This document shows, piece after piece, positions 23,340-37,687 of a stretch of 48,664 bases of DNA. Source of the DNA: Jimgerdemannia flammicorona (Eukaryota). Each line of letters starts with the position of its first letter. The stretch's first letter is position 1. The stretch spans positions 1 to 48,664 of the forward strand of contig RBNJ01000036.1 of NCBI GenBank assembly GCA_003990765.1, in the 5' to 3' direction. The notes under the pieces were generated by a model. That model saw only the letters and a list, made by a program, of their open reading frames with translations, searched no databases and was not told the origin of the DNA. The position numbers and the translations under genes were made by a program.

Positions 23340-24032
23340 TTGCTCTATACTTTTATTATTCTTATATATATATTTAATGTTATAAACTCAATGAGATTCC
23401 ATAGTTTGTCAATTAGCTAAAAGAGGTATCAGATCTCATATATTGTTCTTAATAAGTAAATTATATTCTTTATCTATAGCTTACTTCTATCTCTTATTAT
23501 TATCACTTTATCATATTTGCTTGACTCATTAGAAGTTATAATAAATACTAAATATATATTCATATATCTTACCATAGATTATGTTTTCCTTATATTTCCA
23601 TCTGGAGTTTACTAGTAAATCTTAATAATTTTCAAAATTCAGAATAAGTTTCATAATAAACATTTTAGTACTTTTGTATTTAATTATCCTTTATAGAGAC
23701 TTTACTATCATCTTTATCTTTAATCTCAATTATTCTTAGCTCAGACAACTCTGACTAAAATATGTATAGTAGTTGAAAATAATTTTGACTTGTTGGAGAA
23801 ATTGGTACTTGATGTTATACTGACTGAGATATATAGATCACAATAGGTCCAACTATATAGAATTTCTAATTTTCTTTTTCACTGAACTATATATTCTGCA
23901 AGATTTGATATTTATATTGATTCTACAATCTATATAACTTTCTGTTATTATATTCAGCAGTCTTAGGCTCAAATTTATACTAATTTTCTCTCTTTTACAG
24001 AGTGTAGGCCTTATATATAGATGTAAATTATT

Positions 24033-27000
24033 ATAAGTAATATCAACTAAGATTATAATTAATGGATATATAGTGATTAGTTTACTTGTAGTTATAGGTT
24101 GGGAGTAGAGCATAGAGGTCTTACATTGCATTTATATGCTAATTCTAAACATTCAGTACCAGAGATATTTAGTGCTGAAGCAAAGGACAATTTGATACAA
24201 ATGATATACTCTAGCTAGTATTTGCTAAGATAGACATATACTACTTAGATACATATATTGGTCACTCAGTGAAATAGCACTTGTTTACTCTATGACTCAT
24301 TCTATTTCTTCTCATATGCCTCAAGTTATTAATATCTGCATCCTACACTAATTTGACCTCTCTTCTCATAGTTAATATGAAATCAGCTCACTGTTATATC
24401 TATACCATACTGACCTCTCTTTTACTGAGTGAGTTCTGTACTTTCTCTGTGAAGACCCTACTGAAGATACTGATGATACCACCATTGTAACATCCTACCT
24501 CATGAACATTCAATCTCAAACTATTGAGAAAGACACTACAAACAGTTCTGCCACATGCTACTCTATATATATTTCTGCCCATACAGTATCTAAATGGCCT
24601 GGCCCTATACCCTCTCCCATTCTAGATAACATTATAGATACAAGACCACTACCTTGATGACCTATTTAATCTAATCCATCCTGATCACACTTCTGCCTCT
24701 CAACCAATTTACTCATTACAACCCCTCTCACCAATAGTGATATTACCTTTGATTGCACTGCCATCTCATTCTCTGCTACCCTGTCCACTGTCTCTTCCTC
24801 ATATATGTCACCAGATTTTGATATCTTGGCTAGTAAGTTACTATCTCTTTCTTTACTGACTACTGTTATTTGGAGCATCAATATCTTTTAGCTATAGTGC
24901 TCAATAACTCATTTCCAGCAGTAGCTCTTTGTCAGTTGCTGAAATACTATTTGACATCAGGTGTCCCTATATGTAAGAACCAATTCATTGAATCTCTGGA
25001 TAAATCAGATATATATATTATTACTAAGAAAGATATCTCTCTATCCAAGAATCTCTCAGACATCTCTACCTTTATCTCTGCATACTTCAGTATCATTCAT
25101 AATGCCCATCTGAGACTGACTGAACCCATGCTTTCCTCTCTTATACCATTAACTTTGTCTCTCTAGTGACAATGTCACTTTGGCATATACTACTTAACTA
25201 CCATATTGCCTTTTACAACAAATACATTGCTGAAGTCAGCTATGATGGCATTTCAGCCATATGGTGTTGCTGTTGGACTAAATACAACCCCAACCTATTT
25301 ATGTCCCTGAGCCTTCATCAAAAGCCACTGGTACCTATCTCTACTATAGTCTTGTTTTCCAAATCATCATCTTATCTATACTAGATGTCTCACTTGATAT
25401 ATACTATTTGCAGCCCCAGCCCCTCCAAATTCCTGTTGGTGTACCATAACTACAATAGCTCTCTTCCTAACAACACCCTAATGTGGAACCCCAGCCACTG
25501 CCAGTATAAATATATTTATACTCATATATGTTCAAATTGCAGCCTCAACCACCCTTGGCTAGAGTGCCCTGATAACTCCTTGAAATAACCTTAGGAACTT
25601 GCCCCTTATTATACAATCTCCACCAGCAATATCCTTCTCCAGATAGCTCCAAATACCTACCTTTATTACCCCCTCTCCATTCCCCTTGTCACTGCTATCT
25701 GTGAAATCCAAGCTCACTTCTCTTCTCTCTTCTCTGCCCTCTAACCAGCCACCTAGATGATAGCTCTCATCACATATCCAGACCAGAACCTTGCTCATGC
25801 TCTCATTGATGCTATTTCTCAAGGTATTCTCATAGACTTCAATGGTACCTGGTGCTGTTTGATCAGAGTTAACTACTAGTCAGTAACCACTCATATCAAA
25901 GTAATCTCTAAGGACATCACTTGGAATATAGCAGCTAGTTGCATCTGTGACCCATTCTCAATCCCACTATTTCTCCAATTTCACTTCTCACCTCTGGGCA
26001 CAGTTACTAAGAAGAATTTATTGTCCAAATGACAATATATTCATGATCTCTTCTGGCTCTGATATGGCCCCTCTGTCAATACTGATATCAATATAGATGC
26101 CTATCATATATTCTACATACATTTTGATGATAGTCTGGACCTTATTCAGTGCTTTGGTCAGAGCTGCCTACTTTCTAAGGTTGATCTCACTAACACTTTG
26201 TATCATATATATATCCATCCATCAAATTGAGAATTACTTAGTTTAGAATGACTAAAATAGTACTACTTTGACTGCTGCCTCCCATTTGGCACCAGCTCTT
26301 CTCTATTCCTATTCAATATCTTCACTGAGCTGCTTATATAGATTGCTCATCACCAAGGCCTCTAATATCTCCTTCATTATGTGGATGATTTTATCCTTAC
26401 ATTGCTACCCAATGATCTCTCCCTTGTATTCTACAACCTCTCTCAGTTCCTTTATCTCTGTCACTACCTTAGATGAATGATGCAACTATAAAAAATCATC
26501 AGACCATTGATATGTATTATCTTCCTGGGCATCAAACTGGATACAGTTATCATGAAGGCCTGTCTTCTAGCTGGAAAACTCACTACTATCATGGATGAGC
26601 TTTACTGATGGCTCCCCTGGTATATCTGCTCTTGAATATAGCTTCAATCTCTTATTGGGTCACAGAGTTTTGCCTGCAAAATCATTCCACTGGGCCATCC
26701 ATTCCTGTAGTACTTTATCAATTATCCATCAATCAACTGATTTACTATTATGCTTGATGATGAATTCCAGGCTGATATTCAGTAGTAGATTACATTTCTA
26801 TTATATTGGAATAGTGTCTTGATATTTCACTCTACTAACTGGACAGCTGTATTGGAAGCTTATGTCTAGATAGATGCTAGCAGTGAGATAGGCCTGAGTG
26901 CTTATTTTGAGAGCAAATGGTTTACATCTCCTTGGTCCACCACAATACAATATCTCAATATTCAATTTAAAGAACTATATACCATCATTTTAGCTGCTGC

Positions 27001-29064
27001 TATATGGGTCCCACTTTGGTGATTCTGCTGCATTCTACTCTACACTGACAATTAGGCTATTCTATACTGGAACCTCTACTAACCCCACTCTCCTTGAACT
27101 GCTACACCATATCTTACTACTAATGATACAATATGTCTTTTACTTATGTATTATATATATCTCATCTCAAGACAATAGCATTGCTGATACCCTCTTATAT
27201 ATCAATTTGGCCTGTTTTTGCTCTCTTGTCCCTTCTGTACAGTTACTCTCAATACTAATAGGATCTACTGACATTCCCACCTTCCACTCCTTGTGGTCTT
27301 CTTCCTTCAGTTGGTCTGATAAGATTGACACATCAATCATACTTATCCAGCCAATGGAGCTTCCTTCAGTTCTGCACCCTCTATACTCTAACCAACTAAC
27401 CCACTCTCTCAATATCTGAGTTGGTGCTGATACATTAGGTTTCCTCATTGGCCCTTCACTGTCTTATACTGATCATCATTAAGAAGTACCTGTCAGTAGT
27501 CTGTTCTTTACCCATTAACTCTGGTTTGCCTGACTCATTGGTGGGACTTCAACAACTGTCCAGAGTCCATCATAGTGTCAAGCAGTGGCTGGGCATGTAT
27601 AATATATAACCCCAATTCCCCTTTACATCTAGCTGCCCCTGCTGTCTACTTCCATATCTTCAGCTGAATAGTGATATCCCTGACCTCACATTTGTGGCTG
27701 CTATTGTACTCACTTACTTTTGTTTCCTTTGTTAAGGGGAAATTACTTAGGACCACCTCTTTGACCCCACAATGCATGTATCCTGAGGTTGTATATCCTT
27801 CTGTCTCTCTCTCACTCTCCTCTTCTATATTATCCTCACACTTCTTTCTTCTAAAACTGATCCTTTTCAATTAGATATCTCTATTTACATCACATGGACA
27901 CTCCCTGGCATTCTCTGTACCATCACTCTGCTTTGCTATTGATTTCTCTCCTTTTCAGCACCTGATGCTGCTCTGCTTTTCTCTCTGCCTGACTAGTAGA
28001 TGTTCTCTTAGCAATGGCTAGTAGATTACCTATAGTCTCTATTATCTCATATTGATCTCAACTTCTGCCTTTATACTGGGCATAGCTTCTAGATAGATGC
28101 TGTATCTGATGCTATGGCAGTAGGTCTGGCTGTTTACAAAATCCAAATCTTGGACCATTGGTTGAGTGATGTATTCTGCTTTTATATTCATATGCCCATC
28201 TTATACATTCTCTCTCTCCATTCTTCTATTATATCCAATATCTGTCTTCTCTACTAGATTGGTCTAATTGCTCATCAGTCTGACTGCTCATCATTTTCTC
28301 TGCCCTATCTGACCATATGTTACTCTATGATATTGTATTACCTACACCTGTCTTCAATGACCACTCATCACTATACCATTTTTCCTTTGCCTCTACTATT
28401 ATGTATATATATAATTTCTTTCTTCTGTTCTTCCTTCTCTCTCTTACTACATATAGTATTCTCTTTATTTGGGATATTTTATTTAGGCTAGACTTTATAG
28501 TCCTTTCTCTTTTTGTATTCTTTCCTTTTTTGGACTTCCCAAATAAGACATATACATATATATAGATATATATTGGGTTTGGGTTTAGATATCAGTTGTA
28601 AAGAAATATTGAATAAGTAATATCAACTGAGATTATGAGTCAATGGATATGCAATAATTAGTTTACTTGTAGTCATAGGTTAGGAGTAGAGCATTGAGGT
28701 CTTACAATACATTTATATACTAGTTTTAAACATTTAATATCAGAGATATTTAGTATCAAAGCAAAGAAAAATTTGATACAAATGATATACTTTAGCTAGT
28801 ATTTACTAAGATAAATATATACTACTAAGATATATGTATTGCTCACTTAGTGAAATAGCACTCATTCACTCCACTGCTCATTCTATTTTCCCACTCTCTC
28901 TTTCCTCTATATTTCTCTTACTATTTCCATACTTATCTCTACACCAGGCTGGACTTTATAGCTCTATTCCTTTTCATACTCTTTCCTTTTTTGGACTTTC
29001 CAAATAAGACATATATATATATATTGGGTTTGGGTTCAGGTATCAGTTATATAAAAATATTAAT
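24033..29064 (+). mobile_element. Ngaro-type tyrosine-recombinase retrotransposon 2, decayed
   Basis: A1 ~24033-24308, B1 ~28486-28614, A2 ~28613-28890, B2 ~28946-29064; gag zinc motif HICSNCSLNHPWLEC (~25520-25570); RT SPLGTVTKK..IHDL, HYVDDF (~26380); RH NIQFKELY; YR YTGHSF..LDHWLS..Y (~28070-28190). Confidence 0.92.
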
Positions 29065-32000
29065 GGCTTAGATATACTCTACAATTCTTCAGAAGTAAGA
29101 TTATAATCATTTCTAGATTACTTATTATTGCTGGATTTCATGCTTAGTACTTGAGATCTATATTAGTTATATATATACTACTGTTTAATAGCCTCAGTCT
29201 AAAAAGAATATAATAGTCTAACTATATATATTAATTATTATATATACTATTTCTATAGCTATATAGTTAAATTACTCAGCTATGCCATTTTGCTAAGATA
29301 TATACATATAGAGCTATCATTTGATAGTATATACTATATTCCTTAGATATTGCTTAAATATTCTATTGATATATTTCTATCTATTATCTAAGTATATAGT
29401 ATATATTCTACATTCTATCTAATTCACTGTAATTACTTTAAACTCTTTAAATTTCTCCAATATCTCACTTTTTGCCATTAAGAAGTATATATATACTTAT
29501 ATATATAATTATTAATAAATGTGATGAAATATCTCTTTATATCTTAGGAAGTAGTATATATATTAGGCTGTATATATTTATATATACATGAGGTCTAAAA
29601 TTCCAGATATATATTTTAGTCATCCTTTAAATTGATACTAGATTGCTTTATTTTCTACACATATTATATAGAAATACTCAGAATGTATTATCAGTAATCT
29701 TTATATAGATCTATTTCTAATCATTCTTTCTAGGTTCATATATATTATCTATATATATGAAGTATTGATAATATATATTGAATATATCAAATATAGTTAT
29801 CATATATATAGAGACTTTCACACCATTCAGTATATCATTAATTATATAAAGATTGCCTCATTTTTATATATTATAATCTCTTTATTATTCTTAAGAATAT
29901 ATACAGTTGCTCTCTTAGATATATATATTTCTTTATTACTATGGACCATTATTTTGCCAATTAAGAAGAGGTTCTTACTTATCTTTAAAATATATAATAT
30001 ATCCTAAAATATACTAGCAAGTTCTGTGATATTTCTATAGTAATATATACTAATATCTCCTTAGTCCTGAGTATAAATAACATTGTTATCTCTCAACTTG
30101 ATAGATATAGGATATTCAAATAGCTTATATATATATGGAAAACTATTCCTAGTAAGCTGTTATATATTATATATCACTTGAATCTATAAGCTATATATTA
30201 TTATTATCAACTATATTGATATATACTTTACTTATATTACTTATATCATTGATATCATTACTTATTACTGACCCAAAAGTATATAGCTTAGATGTAAATA
30301 TATTCTCCAGATGCTTGATATATATTGCTTATATTTAGAATATATCTCTATCTTAGTTATTTTTAGTTTCAATAGTATTTCCATTATATTGCTCTTTGCT
30401 ATAATTCTTTCTACTACTCCTATATTGTTATTTACTTTTATCTTCTCTTTCCTTATAATAGCAATTATTCTACATATATCTATACTTACTATAGTAATGA
30501 TAGTTACTATCAAACTTAGTGGATTTATGTTTCTGATCTTATTGATACTTCTTATCTTATCTATGTAATCTGTAGAACACTTTCTTATCATTGTTACCAC
30601 TATTTTCTTGATGTATCTCCTTATTTATAAGACTTGTTATTACATAGACATAGTCTACAAGCTTGCTGTATTTATATATAGCTGCTACTATAATATTATA
30701 TACCTTAGAGAGAATTCTTCTAAGGACTGGAACCTTGTCTTTGTCATCTATACACTCTGCTGATATACTTAGAGAATTCACTTAATTTACCAAATTATTG
30801 ATAGCATTGAGGTATTTATAGATACTTTCCTTAGACTTCATTCATATGTAGATTGAATAGCTGAGATTTTAAGTAAATCTAATATAATATAGATATTTAT
30901 TTAATAATTATATAGAGTCTCTCATACTTTATAAGTAGTTATTGTATGTATTATATACTTTGTTTGCAAAATTGATAATGTGAATGCAATCTTGCATAAT
31001 GCTTGATAATCATTTATAGTATTGTAATCTTAAATCTGTGCTTGCAGGTTTATATAATCTGCCAAGCTACATTTTTCTAAGAGATTGCTCATATGGAATA
31101 TTCCAATGATATAATCCTTACCATCAAAAATTGGGATTGAAATCTTGACTGTGTTTATGCTTGCTGCAGGGACTGTGACCATTGTCAAACCTATTTCAGG
31201 GGATCCACACCTACTGTGGCTGTGTTTGGTATACACACACTAGCTCCTTAATTCATCTCTTACAACATCTTAGCATAGAGTAGCATACAGTCTTAGAGAG
31301 GTGTTTCTTTTTAGCTGTAAACCAGGGCTCATAACTTTTGTTGTGTTTTTTTGGGAATATGAAGTGGAGAAGAGCAGCAGCATTGTTTGCGTTTTTTGAC
31401 GTAGCTCAAGGATGACGTAGCTCAAGGATGACGTAGTTCTAAGAATCACATGTCTAAGCCACATTATCGTAATAAGAATTTCAACACTTAACCCTCACCG
31501 CCGCCACTCTCTTCGGCACCTCCTCTTCCGCAACGGCGGCCACCATTGACGCCTGTGGGAGTGGGGGCAATGTTTCCGGGACGTGGGTGATGTGGGAGAG
31601 GGCTATGGCGTGTATCCGTAGCATCCCATTCATTACCAAGTCTCGCGACGGGTGCTGAGCTACATTGAGAAGACGCTTCCCTTCTACGTTTTCCTTGACC
31701 AAGCGCGCAACTACACGGGCCGGTACCCATCGCAAGTTGATCTCCTTGCTAGCCTCCGCGGATCCGGACCACCACCTATCCGGACGACTACTCATTCAAT
31801 GTGGACATCGAAAACCTTTTCACATCGCTCAACGATGGCCACACGCTTTTCTGGAACGAATGTTATTCAAGCTCTAAGCTTGGTCAGTGGGATTTTCGCG
31901 CGCCGTTTCCTATTGCCCCCGTAAGTGTTGGGGACAAATTGAAGTGGTATGTTGAAAACGCAGATATCGGCGACCTGGCAACCTCGAGTTCGGAGACTTA

Positions 32001-32797
32001 CCTAGAGAGCTTCAAGGCGCAGACGGGCATCAACGCAACTAGCTACGCGGGGGCCGAGGTCACGGCCATCAACGGCCGCCCCATCCTGGAAGTGTTGAAG
32101 AAGTTCGCCGACACCCAGGTCGGTGTGTTGCGCGACCCGTCTACGCGATTCAACATCGCCGTCGCCGCGAGGAGGACCCAGTACCGGCTAGGCGCATTTT
32201 CGTACAGGCAGTCGATCCGCAAGCCGGATTCCGCCACGCTGTCCTATAACCTGATCCCCGCCGGAGAGACCAAGGCTAAGACGCTGACTTTGCCTTGGAT
32301 GGTGCTGACTCCGAGCGGGAGCTTTAAAAAATAACTGCGTGTTCAACACCGACTCATCGACATCAGTAGCCGATGTTGCTGAGGGACAGCCGGCGCCTGC
32401 TGCGAGCGAGGAAGTTAGAGCAAGAGGCCAAGTTGGAAAAGAAGGCGCTGGTCAAAGGGACCACAGCGCCTGCGGGCGTCCTTATGCCCCAGGAGCCGAG
32501 TTGCACAGATGACTTCGAAATCCCAGCTTTAGCCGGAGTGCCATGGGGGTGCTTCTTCAAGCTGGATGAAAAGGCGGCCGTGTTTATGATGAGCAAGTTT
32601 CAGCAAGCGCCCCACAGCAAGGATGGTGTATGGCAGAAGCTGTTGAAATATCTTAGTTATAACAACTCGATATGTGGTGGCGCAGCCTGACTACATCATC
32701 ACTATAATTGTCATCAATACATGTAAAAGCGCATAAGCTAGTACTAATAAACAATTACTTTTTTCTCTCCATTCTTCCCAAGTATTCCACAACAAAT

Positions 32798-32812
32798 GGT
32801 TATGAGCCCTGC
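32798..32812 (+). promoter_or_regulatory. Copia PBS complementary to the anticodon arm of initiator tRNA-Met (half-tRNA priming)
   Basis: GGTTATGAGCCCTGC is the reverse complement of GCAGGGCTCATAACC in fungal tRNAiMet; same motif in Copia B. Confidence 0.85.
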
Positions 32813-34738
32813 TAGCAAAAGTGGATAATAACAAAGACACCCATCTACATATATGTGCTATCTTATATGAAGATGTCACACTTACCAGAGGCATCAAATA
32901 CAAGTCCACCAAGTAGTACAAGTGGAATGGGACCTAGAATAAGTACTCGCAGCATAAGTGTACCTATTATAATGGCTACAACTATGACCATTCCTACAGT
33001 AGCACCAGTAACAATAATGATAAAGAGGATGATTTTTGTCTTTAATGGTAAGGACTACATCATATAGATGTATCATATTAATAATCTCTTAAAAGAATGA
33101 GATCTGGAGGACTACTGGAAGCCACAGGTACAAATAATATTATATGATATTGTGAAGGATTACAGAGCACTAAGGGAGATTATATTCATTCTTTCAAATA
33201 TACAAATAAAACTTTTCATCAATACTACAATAGTGAATGAAGTTTGGGAGATCTTTATAATTACCATTAGTAGGCATTTATATCAAACAGATTCCACCTA
33301 AAAGTACAACTGTTCAATCTCTGAATAAAGTCCAAGAAGAGTATCTGAAACTATATCAATTGTATTGACAATCTAATAAATTAAGTGAATTCGCTTTCTA
33401 TACCAGCAGACCTTATTAAGAATAAAGACAAGGTTCTGGTCCTTATATATAGTCTTCCTGAGATATACAATATAGTTATCACTGCTATGAGAGAATTTAG
33501 CAAATTATTAGACTATAAATATATTATCAATAAATGAGAAATTAAGGTTGGCTAACAATAATAACAATGAAGACAATGAAAAAGTATTCTATAGAGTATA
33601 TGGATAAGGCAAAGGCAAGCCAAACAAAAAATGAGGGCAAAATCAGCAGTATAATAGTCAACAAGCCAAATTTAATAATAAATACTTCTACTATAATAAG
33701 TATAGATACCATAAACAAGACTGCAACTATAAGAAGAAAGAAAAAGATAGCCAATAGTATATAATACAGTTAGATGAATGTTATGAATACTAATAATAAC
33801 AATAAAAGCAGCAAAGACAGCAGAAGTCTGTCCTTTATAGTAAAAGTAGCAACCTATCTATATGTAGAGAGAGATATAGGAGCAAATTCAGAAACATTTT
33901 TATACTAACAAAATATGATTTTCAGTACTAGTACTAATGTAAGCTATATACCAAATACTTATATATTGCAAAGAAGTCTGGTTTATAGATTTCTATATAA
34001 TATAGAATATAATTGTATACTAAAAGTGATTCTCTATATACAAGAAGTTTAAGTACCCTGTGCCTATTAAATTAGATAACAATAATGTTATTTATACTTA
34101 AGATAAGGATAATATTAGTATATATCTATACAGAAATATCAATAAATCCTCAGGCATCTTTATGGATATACTATATATATTAGATATAAGTTAGAATCTC
34201 TTTTCAATAGATCAGATAATGGCTTGTAGAGATAAAGAAGTAAATATATATCTGAACAGTATAATAGTAATCAATCTAAAGAATAATAAGAAGCTAATAT
34301 ATGCATTGAAAAGAGGGGACCTATATGTAATCAATAGCATAATGAGTGGTATATTATCTACATATTTTATAATAGTTACTGATATCTGATATATATGGTA
34401 TAAACAATTTGAATACATTAGTAAGATGAGCTTAGAATAGATGATAAGGAGTAAATCTGTAAATAGATTACCAAACTATATACTATCAGATTTCAGCTTT
34501 TGTAATAAATATATAATAAATAAGACTTCTTAGTAACCTTTTCAAAAATAAACAAAGCAAGTGGCTAGCATTCTCAATATAATACATATAGTCCTATATA
34601 TACTTCAATATACTCAGAAATGAGATACTTCATTTCTTCATTGATAATTATACTTATAAAGTCTATATATACTTTTTTATACTAAAGAATGAGATATTTA
34701 AAAAATTCTAAGAATTTAAGATAATTATAGAAAACAAA

Positions 34739-35242
34739 GTGTTCCACATATGAGGAGGCTAACATGAGATGAATAGTGTTCTATATAAAATGAATCTAAT
34801 GTGGAACATGAGTTTGGCTCAAAGGAAGCATATGCTTCTGAAGGCCTGCCAATCACATTCATATGTAAAGAGGCCGGGCGCACATTTATTGTTCCAAAGG
34901 GGGATGGGTGGGAGGGGTGCATGAAATCGATTGATATGAATTACTAATGACGATTGCTAGAGTATGTTGAGGGAAATGTGTGGCTGCTGCCTAACTCTTG
35001 GGCATGCAGTTGGAGCTCAGGCTAGCTAAGGTAGGGTGCAGAAAGCGATTGAAACTGACTAAGCTAAGATGGTGGATTGCATGATTATGTTGCATGAATG
35101 TTTAAGCACATGGTAGGGTGCAGGAAGCGATTGAAACTGATTAATCTAAAATGGTAGTTACATTGCGCAATGAATATTAGATGCACAAGTGTTAAGCACA
35201 ATGGCCACTTTGCTGCATTTTGAACTATGTTCACAACTATAT
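34739..35242. mobile_element. Unclassified 504-bp insertion in the Copia C integrase
   Basis: Flanked by CAAA (34735-34738 and 35243-35246); removing it restores in-frame ENK..YKI..TL.SDN..EY; higher GC than host; internal ~82-bp direct repeat and 10-bp inverted repeat. Confidence 0.65.
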
Positions 35243-37687
35243 CAAAATAAGATATAAGATATAGACTCTATACTCAGATAATAGTAAAGAATATATTAAC
35301 AAAGCCTTTAGATACTTTTTGAAGAAATAGAGTATACAATACTCTATGATAGCTCTATATATACCTAAACAGAATGGTATAGCAGAATGCTTTAATTAAA
35401 TAGTAGTAGAGATAACTCAAATAATGATAAATATAGCTAGCTTACTATATTCCTTCTGAGCTAAAGTAGTGAATATAGTAATATATATCCAAAATTGTTA
35501 TATTTCTCAAGCTTTAGTAAGGATTCTGGCAGATTTTGCAATAATTAGCAATTTAGGAATAATAGTGATCTTATCTCTAAAGAATTATGGAGTGAATCTA
35601 AGTCTGATATCTTATACTTATGAATATTTAGAAGCAAGGCTTATATCTTCAATAAAGGTAATAATAGAGGCAAATTTGAGCCTAAAGAAGATAAGCATAT
35701 ACTCCTTAGATATAATAGAATAGTATATAGATTATAGAATCTATAAAAATATCATATAGTTATCTCTTATGATATTTAGTTTAAGGAGACCAAAGAGTAG
35801 AAAATTTACATAGAAATTCCTATTTCTATAAACCCAATAGTACTGCTAATAACATCTAAACTAACTTTAAAAGTGAGTGAAATAGTATATATACTAGTAC
35901 TAATATAACTTATATATATATTAATAAGGCTATTAGAGCTAAGAATTATAGAATTTATAGATAGGAATGATGATGAGAATATCTCTTCAAAAGGTAATAA
36001 AAAGTACAAATTATAATTATAAAATAAAGTCAAAGTGGATTTAAGAGATTATTGAGACCAGTTTAAGATACTCTGTTATAACAACAAACAATATTATATA
36101 AACTATACTGTGAATATATCTATATAGCAATAACTGATGAGTTAGCAAACTATAATGAAGCCATATACTTGGATGATAAAAAGGAGTAGAAAAAGACTAT
36201 AGATGAGAAATATAATTTACTTATCAAGAATGATATATGAGATCTAGTCTATCTTCTAATGAATTGACAAATAATATGATTTTACTAAGTATATAAAGTT
36301 AAACATAATAGCAATAGTGATATAGAGTTGTACAAGACTTGATTTGTAATATTTATAAGAATTCAGTATAGATAACAATGAGATATTTTTCCTAGAATTT
36401 AAGCTTAGAATTCTTCTTATAATTAGAGCCAAATATAACTATGAAATCCACCAAATAGATATTAAGACAGCCTTCTTAAATAGTGATATAGATACAGAGC
36501 TATATATCTGGTAACTGTAAGAATATAAACTATATAACAATAGGTAAAAGAAGCTTATATGCAAGTTATTTAAAGGTCTCTATAGTATCAAATAAGTGTA
36601 AGACTATAGAACTAAAGAATCAATAAATTTCTCATAAGTAATGATTTAAGTATTACAAGGCTGATATATATTCTCAAAAATAGTATATCTAAGAATTTGG
36701 ATAAATAATATCATTCTAGTTAGACAGTAAGAGAGATTAATGATATAAAGGCAATATTGTATCAGGAATTCAAGATGACAGATATGAATAATATATCTTA
36801 TCTTCTTGAAATATCTATTATATATGACAGATATAAGTGTGCTATATACCTATTGTAAGCTATATATATTTAGACTATATTTGAACAATTTGGTATAAGT
36901 AAATATAAACCTATTAAAAACCTATAGAGATATCTATGAAACTAAGAAAGTCTGATACTATATCTGAAATAATAATATTCCTTATCAGCAAGCTATTGGA
37001 TTGCTCATATATCTTATACTTGAGATAAGACCCAATATATTATAGTTAACAAAGTAGCACAGTACTCATCCTGCTATGACAATTTATATTAAATGCTAAT
37101 TAAGTATATTTTTAGGTATATTAAAGATATAGTATATTATATACTTAACTTAGGAGATGGTAATGATAAGAGACAAAGTAAGAGTAGTATGATATAGCTA
37201 TCTAGTATATATAATGCTAATTGGGTCAGTGATCTGAATGACAGAGGGTCTATAATCATATATCTCTTTAAAATTAGTAAAAATAGAGTCATTTTATAGC
37301 AAAAACATAAGTAACCTTCAGTGGCAATATCATCTATTTAAGCAGAGTATCAAACATATTGTTATATAATATTATTTTAATAAAAAATGAGACAATATAT
37401 CTAGAATATACTCCTATAGATATATGATAGCAGATTTATTGACTAAAGCCATTTCAAAGACAAAGTTTGCATATGTATACAAGGAATAAGACTTATGAAT
37501 AACTTTATATCAATGGAAACTATATATTAGCAAGTGGTAATTTTATACCAGCAAATAGAATCTATATACCAGTAAGTGATAAGTAATAGCAATAATGATA
37601 ATATGGATATAATAGGAAGTTTTTCAGAGTGCTAAAGCCTCTCACTGTATCTTATATATCTATCAATATTGCTTATATTCCTTCATT

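Larger units (their letters stand above)
21363..31486 (-). mobile_element. Ty1/Copia element B, full length, heavily decayed, TSD CTTAA
   Basis: LTRs 31339-31486 and 21363-~21526; TSD CTTAA at 21358-21362 and 31487-31491; PBS reads AGTTATGAGCCCTGG on the minus strand (~31322-31336); gag N-terminal IPIFDGKDY (~31120-31140); INT, RT and RH remnants in Copia order. Confidence 0.93.

Noticed and set aside
21640-37600. Many short Ile/Tyr/Leu-rich ORFs resembling membrane proteins (e.g. 29765, 30311, 33542)
   Set aside because: By-products of AT-rich mutated TE sequence, often antisense to Asn-rich gag.
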